64,000 nucleotides of DNA from Thermoanaerobaculia bacterium (lineage in GTDB: Bacteria > Acidobacteriota > Thermoanaerobaculia > Multivoradales > Multivoraceae), in NCBI GenBank assembly GCA_963664405.1, contig OY761158.1, positions 2,432,001 to 2,496,000 of the forward strand, read 5' to 3'. Positions within the stretch are counted from its first letter, which is position 1, and each line of letters starts with the position of its first letter. Under the pieces are notes generated by a model. It was not told where the DNA came from and searched no databases. It worked only from the letters and a program-made list of their open reading frames with translations. This document shows positions 10,203 to 20,439 of this stretch, one piece after another. Made by a program: the position numbers and the translations under genes.

Positions 10203-10534
10203 AGCGGCCGGAGGTCGTTCGTGGCGAGATCTGGTGGGCTGTCGCCGACAAGCGGCGCCCGGTCATCGTCGTGCAGGCCGACTTTCTCAACCGAAGTCGA
10301 ACGAGCTGGATCCTGTCGGTGCCCTTGACCACGAACCTGTCGCGCGGCGACGCTCCCGGCAACGTTCGCCTCGGCCGCCGCGAAACGGGTCTGGGCCGAG
10401 CCTCGGTCGCCAACGTCACCCAGACCGCGCCGCTTCCTCGATCGGGTTTCCGCGAGCGCGTCGGAGGGCTGTCGGAGCCGCTTATGAGTAGTATCGACGA
10501 AGGACTCCGCCTGGTCCTCGGCCTGAAAATCTAG
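10196..10534 (+). CDS. mazF: PemK/MazF family toxin
   Basis: RGEIWW, KRRPVIVVQ, VPLTT, S-x-ANVTQ, IDEGLRLVLGL. Confidence 0.9.
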   Translation: MVERPEVVRGEIWWAVADKRRPVIVVQADFLNRSRTSWILSVPLTTNLSRGDAPGNVRLGRRETGLGRASVANVTQTAPLPRSGFRERVGGLSEPLMSSIDEGLRLVLGLKI

Positions 10535-10697
10535 CGAGTTACGTAGATGGGAGACGACCAGGCGATCTCGCCAGGGCGGTCCGGGGCCTCCGCGCTGTAG
10601 CTCTCGACGACGCGGATGTAGTAGTAGCCGTCCGCAAGCGGGGGACGGGGACGGAAGGTGAAGGACACCGTGCGCCGATCCGACGGTGATCCTTCCG
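10491..10697 (+). repeat. 207-bp diverged direct repeat, left copy (mazF 3' end plus truncated 3' end of a DUF3604-like gene)
   Basis: Aligns without gaps to 30774-30980 with about 15 mismatches by eye. Confidence 0.9.
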
Positions 10698-10705
10698 GGT
10701 GGTGG

Positions 10706-11893
10706 GCGTGGTGTGCAAATAATCGGCCGAGAGTTCATGCCGCCTTCCGGTAGTAGTAGTTGAGGAGCCCACCCATGCGTTCACGCCGGAGAACCTCGGC
10801 GTCCAGGTCCGTAGGCGGCGGCGCGCGAACCAACAGCCGGTTGTCAAGACCCTGGTGGTTTCGCTCGAGATGGTAATGCTCGACGTACTCGCGGACGAGA
10901 AGGCGTAGGTGGCTCTCGCCCAGGATCACGACCCGATCCAGGCACTCCTCTTTGATCGACCGCACAAAGCGTTCCGCGTATGCGTTCAGATTCGGACTTC
11001 TCGGCGGCAGTTTCACCGTGTGCACACCGCTGCTCTCGAGGATCTCCGTGAACATGTGGGTGTACAGCGGATCTCGGTCGTGGATCAGGTGACTGGCGTT
11101 GCGCAGGAAGCCGTCAACCGGGTCCGTGAGATTGCGCGCCAACTGCTCCATCCACCCACCGTAGGGCTGGTGGTGGATGCCAGCGATCTTCACTCGCCGG
11201 CTTTTCAGCTCGATCACGAAGAACACGAAGTAACGCCTCAGCCCTGCCAGTGTGAGCACCTCGACGGCGAAAAGATCGGCTGCCGCAAGGCCGTCCCAAT
11301 GAGCCTGCAGGAACGTCTTCCACGGCGTCCGCAGGCTCCGCTCAGGAGCCGGTTCGATCCCATGGTCTTGCAGGATCCTCTTGACCGTGTTGCGAGCGAT
11401 CTTGTGACCGAGGTTAGCGAGTGCCCCACGCACCTTGGTGTAGCCCCAGCGCGGATTCTCGACCGCCATTCTCACCACGAGCTTGGCGATCTCTCCGGGC
11501 GTCATCGGCCGTCCTCGTCGTCTTTGGGCACTGCCGTCGTACTTCTTCGCGATCAGTTTGCGGTACCAGCGCAGAATCGTATCGGGCGTCACGATCCCCG
11601 CCACCTGAGCGAGCGCCCGCCGGCCCAGCCTCTCGCCTCGCACAGCGAGTCGACGCCGTTGGGCATCGGTCAGGCGAAGAGGCCGACTGCCGAATTGCTC
11701 GCGGAGGATCCGGTTCTCTTCTCGCAGATAGTCGATCAGGTCTTCCTGCCGGCGGTTCAGCCACCCAGCCATGGTCAAGACAAGGAACTGTAGAGCGTGG
11801 GGCATCACCCGAGACTATGCGCTTCAGACACAGCCAAACCCAGGCCTCTTCCCAAGATGCAGCAGCGGTCGGCCGATTTTTCGCACCCTACGG
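10706..11893 (-). mobile_element. IS with rve integrase-core transposase (IS481/IS3-related)
   Basis: Imperfect 24-bp terminal inverted repeats GCGTGGTGTGCAAATAATCGGCCG (10706) and CGGCCGATTTTTCGCACCCTACGG (11870) flank the transposase. Confidence 0.8.
10735..11805 (-). CDS. Integrase core domain (DDE) transposase
   Basis: TILRW, ENPRWGY, DLF, HDRD, NAYAERF, ERNHQG, GGLLNYY. Confidence 0.92.
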   Translation of the reverse strand: MPHALQFLVLTMAGWLNRRQEDLIDYLREENRILREQFGSRPLRLTDAQRRRLAVRGERLGRRALAQVAGIVTPDTILRWYRKLIAKKYDGSAQRRRGRPMTPGEIAKLVVRMAVENPRWGYTKVRGALANLGHKIARNTVKRILQDHGIEPAPERSLRTPWKTFLQAHWDGLAAADLFAVEVLTLAGLRRYFVFFVIELKSRRVKIAGIHHQPYGGWMEQLARNLTDPVDGFLRNASHLIHDRDPLYTHMFTEILESSGVHTVKLPPRSPNLNAYAERFVRSIKEECLDRVVILGESHLRLLVREYVEHYHLERNHQGLDNRLLVRAPPPTDLDAEVLRRERMGGLLNYYYRKAA

Positions 11894-11923
11894 GCAGGAA
11901 ACCCGCGTGTTAGCCTCAATTCG

Positions 11924-12115
11924 ATGACCAGCGGCGCGATACAAGAAGGCGAGGAAGAGACAGCGCGCCCGACTATCGCAGGAGCTTTCACGAAGGACGG
12001 GGTCGACCTCACCGCGATCCACTGGATGCTCTCGCTAACACCGGCACAACGACTCAAGGCAGCTCAGGATCTGATCGACGCCGCACGGGCTCTGCAGTCG
12101 ACTGATGAAGTCTAG
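11924..12115 (+). CDS. Small putative antitoxin paired with a nucleotidyltransferase
   Basis: 63 aa, GVDLT...LSLTPAQRL motif, overlaps the downstream gene, extended -10 box 7 nt upstream. Confidence 0.6.
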   Translation: MTSGAIQEGEEETARPTIAGAFTKDGVDLTAIHWMLSLTPAQRLKAAQDLIDAARALQSTDEV

Positions 12116-12593
12116 CTTCCTCGACCTGCTCCGCACCCTCCACGAGAACGACGTCGAGTTCGTGGTCGTAGGAGGCGTCGCTGCACTGATCGAAGGGGCG
12201 CCCATCACGACGCTCGATCTCGACGTGGTCTATCGCGTCGAGGTGGCCAACATCACTCGCCTCCAGGCTGCCCTCGAGTCACTTGGAGCCAGCTACCGCG
12301 ATCCTGCTGGGCGCACGATTCTCCCTTCCGAAAAGACCTTGATATCTCACCGCGTCAACCTCCTGGAGACCTCGGCCGGCCTGCTGGACGCCCTGCAGGA
12401 CGTCGGCGAGAACTGGGGCTACGACGAGGTGAAGCGCCGCTCGAGCGCAAGAACCATCGAAGGCTTGGTGATCCATGTGCTAGGGCTGGAGGGAGTCATC
12501 GCCACGAAAGAGGCGGCCAACCGACCCAAGGACCAGGCCGCCCTTCCCGTCCTCCGCGCGACCTTGAGCGAATTGCGGAAGTCCGAGTCCTGA
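12105..12593 (+). CDS. Nucleotidyltransferase (Pol-beta superfamily, putative TA toxin)
   Basis: FVVVGGVAA, T-x-DLD, K-x-AANRPKD. Confidence 0.8.
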   Translation: MKSSFLDLLRTLHENDVEFVVVGGVAALIEGAPITTLDLDVVYRVEVANITRLQAALESLGASYRDPAGRTILPSEKTLISHRVNLLETSAGLLDALQDVGENWGYDEVKRRSSARTIEGLVIHVLGLEGVIATKEAANRPKDQAALPVLRATLSELRKSES

Positions 12594-12671
12594 ACGGCCC
12601 ACCGGAAGGAGCGCTGCGAAGTACAGGTCGCGAGCGAGACATCATTCCCTCACCTGGATCTCGAGAGCACG

Positions 12672-13394
12672 GAGAACAGACGCTGGTGGAGCGCGCTCTC
12701 GAGCGTTGGCCTTCTCATCAGCGATGTGCCGGAGGATCTTGGCGACAACTCGGGGGTCGAGGATGAAGGAGAGGGCGGCCCCGAGAGGATCCTCATCTGT
12801 GCGCCGCATCGACAGGTCAGCGGGTCGACCTCGTAGATCCGGCGGATCATCTGGGCCCAGGCTCGTCTTAGCCGACGACGCTCGGCAGCGGAGGGCAACA
12901 GGGTCGTCGCAGCACTGGCCTCGTCTTCCACTTTCTCGCCTCGCCGCCGCGCCCGTGCAACGCTCGAGTACTCGCCGTAGTAGCGCACCGTGTGAAGCTT
13001 CGGCTGAGGCCTAGGCGGCCCCGTCGTGCATCAGCAGACGGGCGAGGAAGTCCATCGCATCAAAGGTGGTCTGGGACCCACCGAATCGACCCCGGGCCTT
13101 GCGACGGTAGAGAACAGAGCCATCGGCGTCCAAGGACATCCGCTCGAGAATGAGCAGCGGACGAAGCAGGTAGCGAGCAAGCCGCTCGGTGCCCGCAGCA
13201 TCGTCCGCCCCCACGGTGACCGTGTTATGGACCGAGAATCCCTAGCCGGGCGCCCGGTGTTCTGCCAGGAGAGCAGCAGCTCGATCCGCTCCTCGCTCAG
13301 TAGCTCCTCGTCTCGCAGAAAGGCGATGACCTTGTGGCGAAAGAGAAGCTCAGCCGCCTTCGCGTCGACGTACGGCACGGGCACCCAAGTGCCC
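12672..13394 (-). pseudogene. IS91-family transposase, 3' fragment (copy A) with micro-insertions
   Basis: LARYLLRP, VRYYG, WAQMIRRIYEVDPLTC-x-CG, RAPP; near-identical to 28647-29357. Confidence 0.9.
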
Positions 13395-13410
13395 ATCGGG
13401 CTCTCCCAGA

Positions 13411-14008
13411 ATGAAGCGGTTGGCCGACGTGCCGCGGGTTCCCCTCGAAGTCGCCGCCACCGGTCCCCGGGTGATCGGCATCGCGGCGCGCCACGCGGAC
13501 AGGGTGATGTTCTCGCTCGGCGCCGACGCGGACCGCCTCGCCTGGGGCATCGAGGTCGCGCATCAAGCCCGGCGAGACGCGGGCCTCGACCCCGACGGAA
13601 TCAGCTTTGGTGCCTACCTGAGCTGCGCCACCCATCCCTCGCTCGACGTCGCCCGCGAGATGGTCCGAGGGGGTGTCACCACCCACGCTCGCTTCTCGGT
13701 GATGCACGGGCAGGTCGCGGGTCCGGTCTCGGAAGAGGAGCGCAAGGTCTTCGCCGACGTGCATGACCACTACGACATGAGGGCCCACACCCGCTCGGAC
13801 TCCCCGCAGGCGGCCTTCGTCACGCCGGAGTTCATCGAACGCTTCTCCATCGTCGGCTCCCCGGATCAGTGCATCGCTCGCTTCAGGGGGCTCGCCGAGA
13901 TCGGCATCTCGAAGGTCGTGCTGTCGGACGTCGACCGCGGAGCGGATGGGAGAGGCGAGGGCCTTGTTGGAAAGGGAGGCCCTTCCGTCGTTGGTCGGCG
14001 CCGAATAG
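13411..14008 (+). pseudogene. LLM-class oxidoreductase, C-terminal half, 5'-truncated at the IS91 copy and frameshifted near 13928
   Basis: AATGPR, HADRV, IVGSPDQC; the natural end LLEREALPSL is in a shifted frame. Confidence 0.75.
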
Positions 14009-14114
14009 TCGGACTCCTTCCCGTCCTTCGGATAGGGTGGGGGTTCCAGCAGAGGAGAGCGCGATGGTGTCAACGAGAGCGGCCGCCCTGGCGGTCATGG
14101 TTTCGACGAAGAGC

Positions 14115-14600
14115 TCGGGTCCCCGGAGATCGTGCCTCGCCCACCCAGCCGTTCCCCACCAAGCCGGCCGCCTACGATCGCCAGGGCGTTTCGGTGGACG
14201 ATCTGATCGATTTCACTGCTGAGCTGCGCCGACAGGCTCTGGAGATCACGGACGAGTACGAGCTGGCGTCGCTCTTTACACCGCCCCGACTCGAAGGCGA
14301 AGGCAAGCCGGTGATCCAGCTGCCGGCGGACAGTGGAGGCACCAACTGGACCCAGCGGCCCGAGAACACCAGCGGCGGCTCGTCCAGCGAGACGGACCTG
14401 CCGGCGGAGATCAGCGTCTACGACAAGAAGAGCGGCGCCTACCTCGGTGGCATCGAATTGCCCGATTCGCCCAACTCCGGCCTCGTCACCTATGAGGTCG
14501 GAGGGCGCCAGTATCTAGCGGTGAGTGTCGGCGGGGGGCGTTACATGTTCGGCGGCGGAGGCACTCCGCCACGAGTCGTGGCATTGGCGCTAGGCGTCCC
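14115..14600 (+). pseudogene. PQQ glucose-dehydrogenase-like fragment with internal deletion
   Basis: SPTQPFPTKP, DDLIDFT, LFTPP, GGTNW joined directly to C-terminal TYEVGGRQY. Confidence 0.75.
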
Positions 14601-14619
14601 CGGACCCTGCTCCTCGCCC

Positions 14620-14900
14620 TCGGCGCGCCCGGCGTCAGCGAGTACTCGTAGCCGATCATCGAAGTGAACTTGCCTGGCTCATTGTGCCGATCCGCTGCCT
14701 CGATCGTCTTCTTCCAGGCGTCCTCGATGACCGCGTGACCGAGAAGCGGATGGTTCTCCTGGATCAACTGTCCGACGCGGCATCGTTCCAGGAAATGCGC
14801 CGGCGGATTGAACGCTATCGCAGCAAGCCAGTCGACCCTCACGAGGACTACAACATCGGCTGTACTCTGCTTCGACAGCCTTTCTTTCTTTGATGAAGCC
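14620..14900 (-). pseudogene. DUF3604 internal fragment
   Basis: AWKKTIEAADRHNEPGKFTSMIGYEYS parallels AWQDTVEAADRHYRPGEFTTFAAYEYT in 60331-62109. Confidence 0.7.
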
Positions 14901-15271
14901 AGTTGGATCCCGGTACCGTCTGACTTTGCGCGCAACTGAGCCTAGTCACGCCGCGGGCTGAAGGACCTCCACGAATCTCAGATTCGGGTACGTCGAAGTG
15001 CACGTCTGAGGCCGTCCGGGACTAGGAAACCGAATCGCAAGTTTCTTCGATTCTTCTTCCGAATCCCCTTGACAAGCTTTTTCGGGCGCCTCGACGTCGA
15101 CTCTGATGTCGTGTCTGGAAGGGGCCGCAGAGCCACCAGATTCGCTTGTGTGGCGCGTTCGAGGAACAGCCGACAAGTTGTCTTGGATCGACCGGCGTTC
15201 GGCTCCGCACGAGGGCTTCAAGTCACTCAAAAAAAGGGGTTTATGATGGTTGGATCGACCTGGAGAGAACG

Positions 15272-16582
15272 ATGCGACCTGACATCTCAGCCCTATCGCC
15301 CAACCCGATTCCACCGATCCACGACTGCCCTGTCGAAGATCTCGGCGAGCAGATCGCCGAGCTCTCGGCACACATTCAGGCGGCCAACTACCGCCTCCTC
15401 ACCCTGATTCGCCAATTCGACGAGCGCGGCGGCTGGAATGTGGGCTTCGCCTCCTGTGCCCACTGGCTCAACTGGCGCACGGGTCTCGCTCTCGGGGCCG
15501 CACGCGAGAAGGTTCGCGTGGCCCATGCGCTGGGCGAGCTACCGCTTCTCAGTGAGTCGATGAGCCGAGGTGAGGTGTCGTACTCGAAGGTTCGTGCACT
15601 GACCCGGGTGGCTACGCCGGAGAACGAAGAGGAGCTCCTCGCCTTTGCTCGTTGTGGGAGTGCCTCCCATGTGGAGAGGCTGGTGCGAGCGTGGCGACGG
15701 GTCGATCGGATCGCGGACCAGGAGGAGGAGCAACGAAGGCACGCGAGCCGATCACTCGATGCCTTCTTCGACGAGGACGGCATGCTGGTGGTCCGCGGTC
15801 GTCTCGATGCCGAGGCGGGTGCCGTGGTGATGCGGGCTCTGGAGGCGGCTTCGGAAGCTCTCTACGAATCGACGGAAGAGAAGATCGAGATCCCCGCCGG
15901 TCAACGGCGGGCCGATGCGCTTCAGCTTCTCGCCGAAAGCGCGCTGGCGCACGAGCTCGACCGCGGCACTTCTGGCGACCGCTATCAGGTGGTCGTGCAC
16001 GTCGACGCCGAGACGCTGGCGGACGAGAAAGGCTCCGGCGTCTCGGTGCTCGAGGATGGGCAGCACGTTCCCGCGGGAACGTCTCAGCGCCTGGCCTGCG
16101 ACGCGGGCAAGGTGGTGGTTCGCCACGCTCGAGACGGCACGGTGCTCGACGTCGGGCGCAAAACGCGCACGATCTCACCCGCCATCCGCCGTGCATTGAA
16201 TACCCGGGACAAGATCTGCCGCTTTCCTGGCTGCCAATCGAAGTTCTGCGAGGCCCATCACGTCAAACACTGGGCGCAAGGTGGAGAAACTCGCCTCGAC
16301 AACCTGGTTCTACTGTGCCGGCGCCACCACCGAGCGGTTCATGAGGAAGGCTTTTCGATGAAGCTACTGGCTGATGGCGAGGTCTCTTTCTTCTGGCCTG
16401 ATGGGCGGCCGATGGCACAGGCGCCCTCGTTGCCCGCGCTGGCAGGTGAGCCTTTGGAGCTGCTGCTGCGCCTCCTCGAGCGACAGGGAATCAAGATCGA
16501 TGCGGAGAGCGGGCTTCCCGATTGGGATGGGGAGTCTTTCGATCTCGAGTGGGCGGTCGATGCTCTGCGATCGATCAATTGA
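15272..16582 (+). CDS. DUF222 / HNH endonuclease (13E12-repeat-like)
   Basis: SCAHWL, GEVSYSK, RLACD, RD-x-x-CRFPGC, HHV-x-HW...NLVLLCRRHH; GGAGAG RBS; TATGAT -10 at 15242. Confidence 0.9.
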   Translation: MRPDISALSPNPIPPIHDCPVEDLGEQIAELSAHIQAANYRLLTLIRQFDERGGWNVGFASCAHWLNWRTGLALGAAREKVRVAHALGELPLLSESMSRGEVSYSKVRALTRVATPENEEELLAFARCGSASHVERLVRAWRRVDRIADQEEEQRRHASRSLDAFFDEDGMLVVRGRLDAEAGAVVMRALEAASEALYESTEEKIEIPAGQRRADALQLLAESALAHELDRGTSGDRYQVVVHVDAETLADEKGSGVSVLEDGQHVPAGTSQRLACDAGKVVVRHARDGTVLDVGRKTRTISPAIRRALNTRDKICRFPGCQSKFCEAHHVKHWAQGGETRLDNLVLLCRRHHRAVHEEGFSMKLLADGEVSFFWPDGRPMAQAPSLPALAGEPLELLLRLLERQGIKIDAESGLPDWDGESFDLEWAVDALRSIN

Positions 16583-16664
16583 GGCAGGAGCTCTGATCTA
16601 CTTAGCCGGGCACCTGAGAAGCCGCGGGAGGCCGGGGTATCGTCCGCTCTGATAGGGTTTTGGC

Positions 16665-16865
16665 ATGAGTAGGGTAGACGAGTTGGAGCGGGCTGTTCGT
16701 GATCTGTCTCCCGAGGATCTCCGCCGATTCCGCGAGTGGTTTGTCGAGTTTGACGCCGAGCTCTGGGAACGTCAGCTTGAGCGCGACATCGATGCCGGCC
16801 GACTCGATCGTCTTGCCCAAGAGGCCCGGACCGAGCACCGTGAGGGGCGCACCCGGCCTCTGTGA
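16665..16865 (+). CDS. Small putative antitoxin
   Basis: 66 aa, LSPEDL..FREWF...W..Q...D..AGRLD, typical of partners of RelE/ParE-like toxins. Confidence 0.7.
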   Translation: MSRVDELERAVRDLSPEDLRRFREWFVEFDAELWERQLERDIDAGRLDRLAQEARTEHREGRTRPL

Positions 16866-16974
16866 CGACCTCCTCAAGGAAAACCCGCGGCATGCTTCGC
16901 TGCACTTCAAGAGGATTGGCCAACTCTGGTCCGCCCGAGTGGGGGCTCGCTATCGCGCTCTTGCCACGGTGGAA
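16862..16974 (+). pseudogene. RelE/ParE-like toxin remnant (both ends missing)
   Basis: LLKENPRHASLHFKRIGQLWSARVGARYRAL, in frame with the downstream esterase. Confidence 0.7.
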
Positions 16975-18480
16975 ATGAGAAGGACCCACGGTGTCGAGAA
17001 GGTCGTCGTTGTGCTGGTACTGACCCTGGCGCTCGCGACGGGCTCTCCGGGCGCGGCGGCCGACAACGCTGTCGGCAACGTCGTGCGGACCACTGCGGGG
17101 GAGGTGTCGGGATCGGCGGTGGAAGAAGGCGGCCGCACGGTGCGCATCTTCAAGGGGATCCCCTACGCGGCACCGCCGGTCGGAGAGCTGCGCTGGCGTC
17201 CGCCGCAGCCTCCATCGCCCTGGAAGGGCGTGCGCGACGCGACCGAATGGGCGCCGACGGCGCCTCAGCCCTCCTCCATGATGACAGCCGGGCACGTCAT
17301 CAGCGAAGACTGCCTCCACCTCAACGTCCTCACCGCGGCCCAGAGCACCGCCGATCGGCTCCCTGTGATGGTGTTCTTCCATGGGGGTGGCCTGACCTTG
17401 GGAACCGGCAATTTTGTGCTCTACAACCACACGGCTCTGCCCCGCAAAGGGGTGGTGGTTGTGACGGTGAACAGCCGGCTCGGTCCGATCGGGTACATGG
17501 CGCACCCGGCTCTGACGGCGGAGTCCGAGCACCAGGCGTCCGGAAACTACGGCACGCTGGACCTGATCGCCTCGCTGAAGTGGGTGCACAAGAACATCGT
17601 CGCCTTCGGGGGCGACCCCGACAACGTGCTCATCTTCGGTGAGTCGGGTGGCGGCACCAAGACGATGTCGCTCGTGACCTCACCGCTGGCGAAGGGTCTC
17701 TTTCACAAAGCCATCGTCGAGAGCGGGTCGGTGGTGGCCTCGCCGGAGCGCACCGCCACCCTCGAGGAGGCCGAGGAGGTGGGCGAGCGCATCGCCGCGA
17801 AGCTGGGCCTGGAGGGGAAGTCCGATGTCCTCGCCGCAATGCGCGCCGCGAGTTGGGAAGACATCGTCGCCGCGGAGTGGCAGAAGCGACCTGGAGCCCG
17901 CGGGTTGCCTGTTCCCTCAGACCTGGCCTACCGCGCCGACCTCACGGTCGATGGCTGGGTGCTGCCGGCGTCGGTGCACGACACGCTCCGACAGGGACAG
18001 CAGCACGACGTCCCTCTGATCGTCGGCGCCAACGAAGGGGAGCCGCGGGCTGCTACGGACGTTCCGCGCCTCGCGAACCTGATGAGTGCGACGGCGTCGT
18101 CGAAGACCTACGTCTACAATTTCTCGCATATGCCGAGGGCATGGCGCGATCTCGACTGCATCGCCTTCCACGGCGTGGAGCTGCCGTACGTCTTCGGCTA
18201 CGTTCCCGATGGGCTCACGCTGCCACTGATTCTCCGTCTCGCCAATCGCAACGGCTGCAAGTCGCGAGAGCCGGGAGCCGACGAAGTGGACGAGACGGTG
18301 GCCGACAACACCATGGAGATGTGGACGCAGTTCGCCAAGACGGGCGATCCCAGCGTGAAGGGCCTAGTCGAATGGCCTCCCTACACCGAGGAGTCCGATC
18401 GGTATCTGGACATCGGCTACGCGCTCGAGGTCAGGAAAGGGATCAAGAGCGCGTATGTAGCGTCTTCCGAGGCGCCGTAG
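16975..18480 (+). CDS. Carboxylesterase type B, secreted
   Basis: FKGIPYA, EDCL-x-LNV, HGGG, GESGG nucleophile motif, HG-x-EL. Confidence 0.93.
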   Translation: MRRTHGVEKVVVVLVLTLALATGSPGAAADNAVGNVVRTTAGEVSGSAVEEGGRTVRIFKGIPYAAPPVGELRWRPPQPPSPWKGVRDATEWAPTAPQPSSMMTAGHVISEDCLHLNVLTAAQSTADRLPVMVFFHGGGLTLGTGNFVLYNHTALPRKGVVVVTVNSRLGPIGYMAHPALTAESEHQASGNYGTLDLIASLKWVHKNIVAFGGDPDNVLIFGESGGGTKTMSLVTSPLAKGLFHKAIVESGSVVASPERTATLEEAEEVGERIAAKLGLEGKSDVLAAMRAASWEDIVAAEWQKRPGARGLPVPSDLAYRADLTVDGWVLPASVHDTLRQGQQHDVPLIVGANEGEPRAATDVPRLANLMSATASSKTYVYNFSHMPRAWRDLDCIAFHGVELPYVFGYVPDGLTLPLILRLANRNGCKSREPGADEVDETVADNTMEMWTQFAKTGDPSVKGLVEWPPYTEESDRYLDIGYALEVRKGIKSAYVASSEAP

Positions 18481-18533
18481 CGCGGAACCGGCCCTTCTTC
18501 ACGCCAGCCGTTGAAGATCCGCTCTCCCACCGA

Positions 18534-19457
18534 TCAATCAAACGCTGCATTGATTTCCTCATCCACACGCTGCAGATCTTCCACAGTGAAGAAGGTGGCT
18601 AAACACATCTCTTCGACCCCCGCATTCGCAAACTCCCCGATCAAATCGATGTGGAAGTCTCGTGATCCGACCGTCCTTGCCGGATTTTCCTGGAGGATTC
18701 GTTCCCGTTCCGCATCGGTTTCGGCAAGTCGCAAGGGGTAATGCACCGTCAGTTTGATCTCTGCCGGATCCCGGCCGATGTCTTCGCAATGTCGTTCGAG
18801 CACGCTGAGTTTGTGCTTAAACACCTCAACATCCATCCCTGCCCAACCGTTGAAATTCCAGATATCCCCATACCGCGCCAGGGTGCGTAGTGTGCGGCGC
18901 TCCCCGTTTCCCCCGATCATGATCGGGATACGGGGCTTCTGATAACAACCGGGGGCGAGTGGGGCCCGCTCCAGCCGATAGTACTTACCCTGGAAGTCGA
19001 CAGGCTCTTCTTGTGTAAAAAGCTTGGCGATCAATTCACACGCCTCCTCCAGCCGATCCTGCCGTTCGTGCATGGACGGGAAATCCCAACCATAGGCCTG
19101 GTGTTCCCGCTCGCACCAACCTGCTCCAATGCCCAGGGTGAAGCGGCCTTTAGAGGCCTGATCGAGTTCAGCAGCCATCTTGGCCACCAGGGCTGGATTG
19201 CGGTAAGGGTTGCCCAAGACCAAACTGCCCAGTTTGATCCGTTTCGTCATTCCTGCGACCACCGCGAGGGGGATAAAAGCTTCGTAGGCCGGGTTGAGTT
19301 CATCCTGATCAGCGGGAATGCCGCTCAGGGGGACAGGCGGAAGAAAGTGATCAGGAAACCAAATGCTGTTCCATCGCCCTGCTTCCATTGCCTGAATGTA
19401 GGCCTCCATCTCGTCCCATTGAGCCCGGTAGACCTTGAGTTGTGCACCAAATTTCAT
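18534..19457 (-). CDS. LLM-class (probably F420-dependent) oxidoreductase
   Basis: PDHF, YRNPALVAKMA, GR-x-x-LGIGAGW, IMIGGNGE-x-RTL; visibly more AT-rich than neighbours. Confidence 0.9.
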   Translation of the reverse strand: MKFGAQLKVYRAQWDEMEAYIQAMEAGRWNSIWFPDHFLPPVPLSGIPADQDELNPAYEAFIPLAVVAGMTKRIKLGSLVLGNPYRNPALVAKMAAELDQASKGRFTLGIGAGWCEREHQAYGWDFPSMHERQDRLEEACELIAKLFTQEEPVDFQGKYYRLERAPLAPGCYQKPRIPIMIGGNGERRTLRTLARYGDIWNFNGWAGMDVEVFKHKLSVLERHCEDIGRDPAEIKLTVHYPLRLAETDAERERILQENPARTVGSRDFHIDLIGEFANAGVEEMCLATFFTVEDLQRVDEEINAAFD

Positions 19458-19559
19458 AGTACTTCTTCCTATCACATTAATGACGGGTCTTGCCGTCTAC
19501 TGCCGAGCGGCCGCCCTGACCCGCGGCCCCGCCTCGCGTCTACGAGTAAACTCGGCAGG

Positions 19560-19934
19560 ATGGGCGGCAAGGATCCGATCGTCATCGTCGACTCTCACAT
19601 CGACCCTCTCGAGCTCGCTCGGCTGGTCGCTCTCTTCTTCGAGGACATGGTCAAGTACGTAGTCGACCTGGATCGCGGGATCGCGGCTGTGGGAGGTGAG
19701 CTTCACGCCGACGCCGAGTTGCTCCTCCTGGAGACAGGAAGCCTTCAGGACCATCTCTGGGGCGCCAACTACTACCCCGGTGAGGGCGAGGACGGTTGTA
19801 TCGAGTACACATCTCTCATCAACATCAGGCCATCCCAGGGGAATCCAAGTATGGAGGTCGAGGATCCTGCCATTCGGGAGGAGCTGAGAGAGCTGACCTT
19901 TACCTTACTCGGCCGCGGTGAGCCGCTGCCATGA
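19560..19934 (+). CDS. DUF5674-like protein
   Basis: MVKYVVD, GGELHADAE-x-LLLE-x-GS-x-Q-x-x-LWGAN, SLINIRP-x-QGN. Confidence 0.8.
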   Translation: MGGKDPIVIVDSHIDPLELARLVALFFEDMVKYVVDLDRGIAAVGGELHADAELLLLETGSLQDHLWGANYYPGEGEDGCIEYTSLINIRPSQGNPSMEVEDPAIREELRELTFTLLGRGEPLP

Positions 19935-20266
19935 GCCAGCACGACAGCCTGACCCTCGAGCGCTGGCTGCAATTCGACCGCGACCAACAGCTCCTGATGA
20001 TCGCCAACGAGATGCATCGAGGCACCAAGCTCCGGCGGCCCGAGGGAGCTCGTCGCTGCTACGAGCGAGTGTTGCGGCTGACCGACCTAACGGTGCAAGC
20101 CGCGGAGCGGGCGACGTTCCGGCGCGAGCTCCTGCGTTGGCGCGATCTGGTCGCCGAGCTCTGGCTGAGAGACGAGCCCGATCGCCAGCGACACCTCGAA
20201 GCCCTACGCTGCCTGCTGCTCTTCAGTCCCGAGACCGCGCGACAACGACCCTGGATCCTACGGTAG
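19931..20266 (+). CDS. Helical hypothetical protein, translationally coupled partner of DUF5674
   Basis: ATGA overlap; ERW...QLLMIANEMHR...CYERVL...RELLRWR. Confidence 0.7.
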   Translation: MSQHDSLTLERWLQFDRDQQLLMIANEMHRGTKLRRPEGARRCYERVLRLTDLTVQAAERATFRRELLRWRDLVAELWLRDEPDRQRHLEALRCLLLFSPETARQRPWILR

Positions 20267-20439
20267 CGGCGACAGGGCCGCTCAGGCCAGCTTCTCGAAG
20301 ATGAGTCGGTTGTCCGAGCTGCGTCCGCGTACCCCGAGCGGTCCCGGGACATGGCGCAGGCTCAGGGACTTCCCCGCTCTGGGTTATACTCCTGCTGAGG
20401 CACCTGGATTCTCTGCCCCGGCATCGCGGGAGGCGGTTT

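Noticed and set aside
13411-14667. 418-aa LLM-PQQ fusion protein in the ORF track
   Set aside because: It is a chance read-through of a frameshifted LLM remnant into an internally deleted PQQ fragment.
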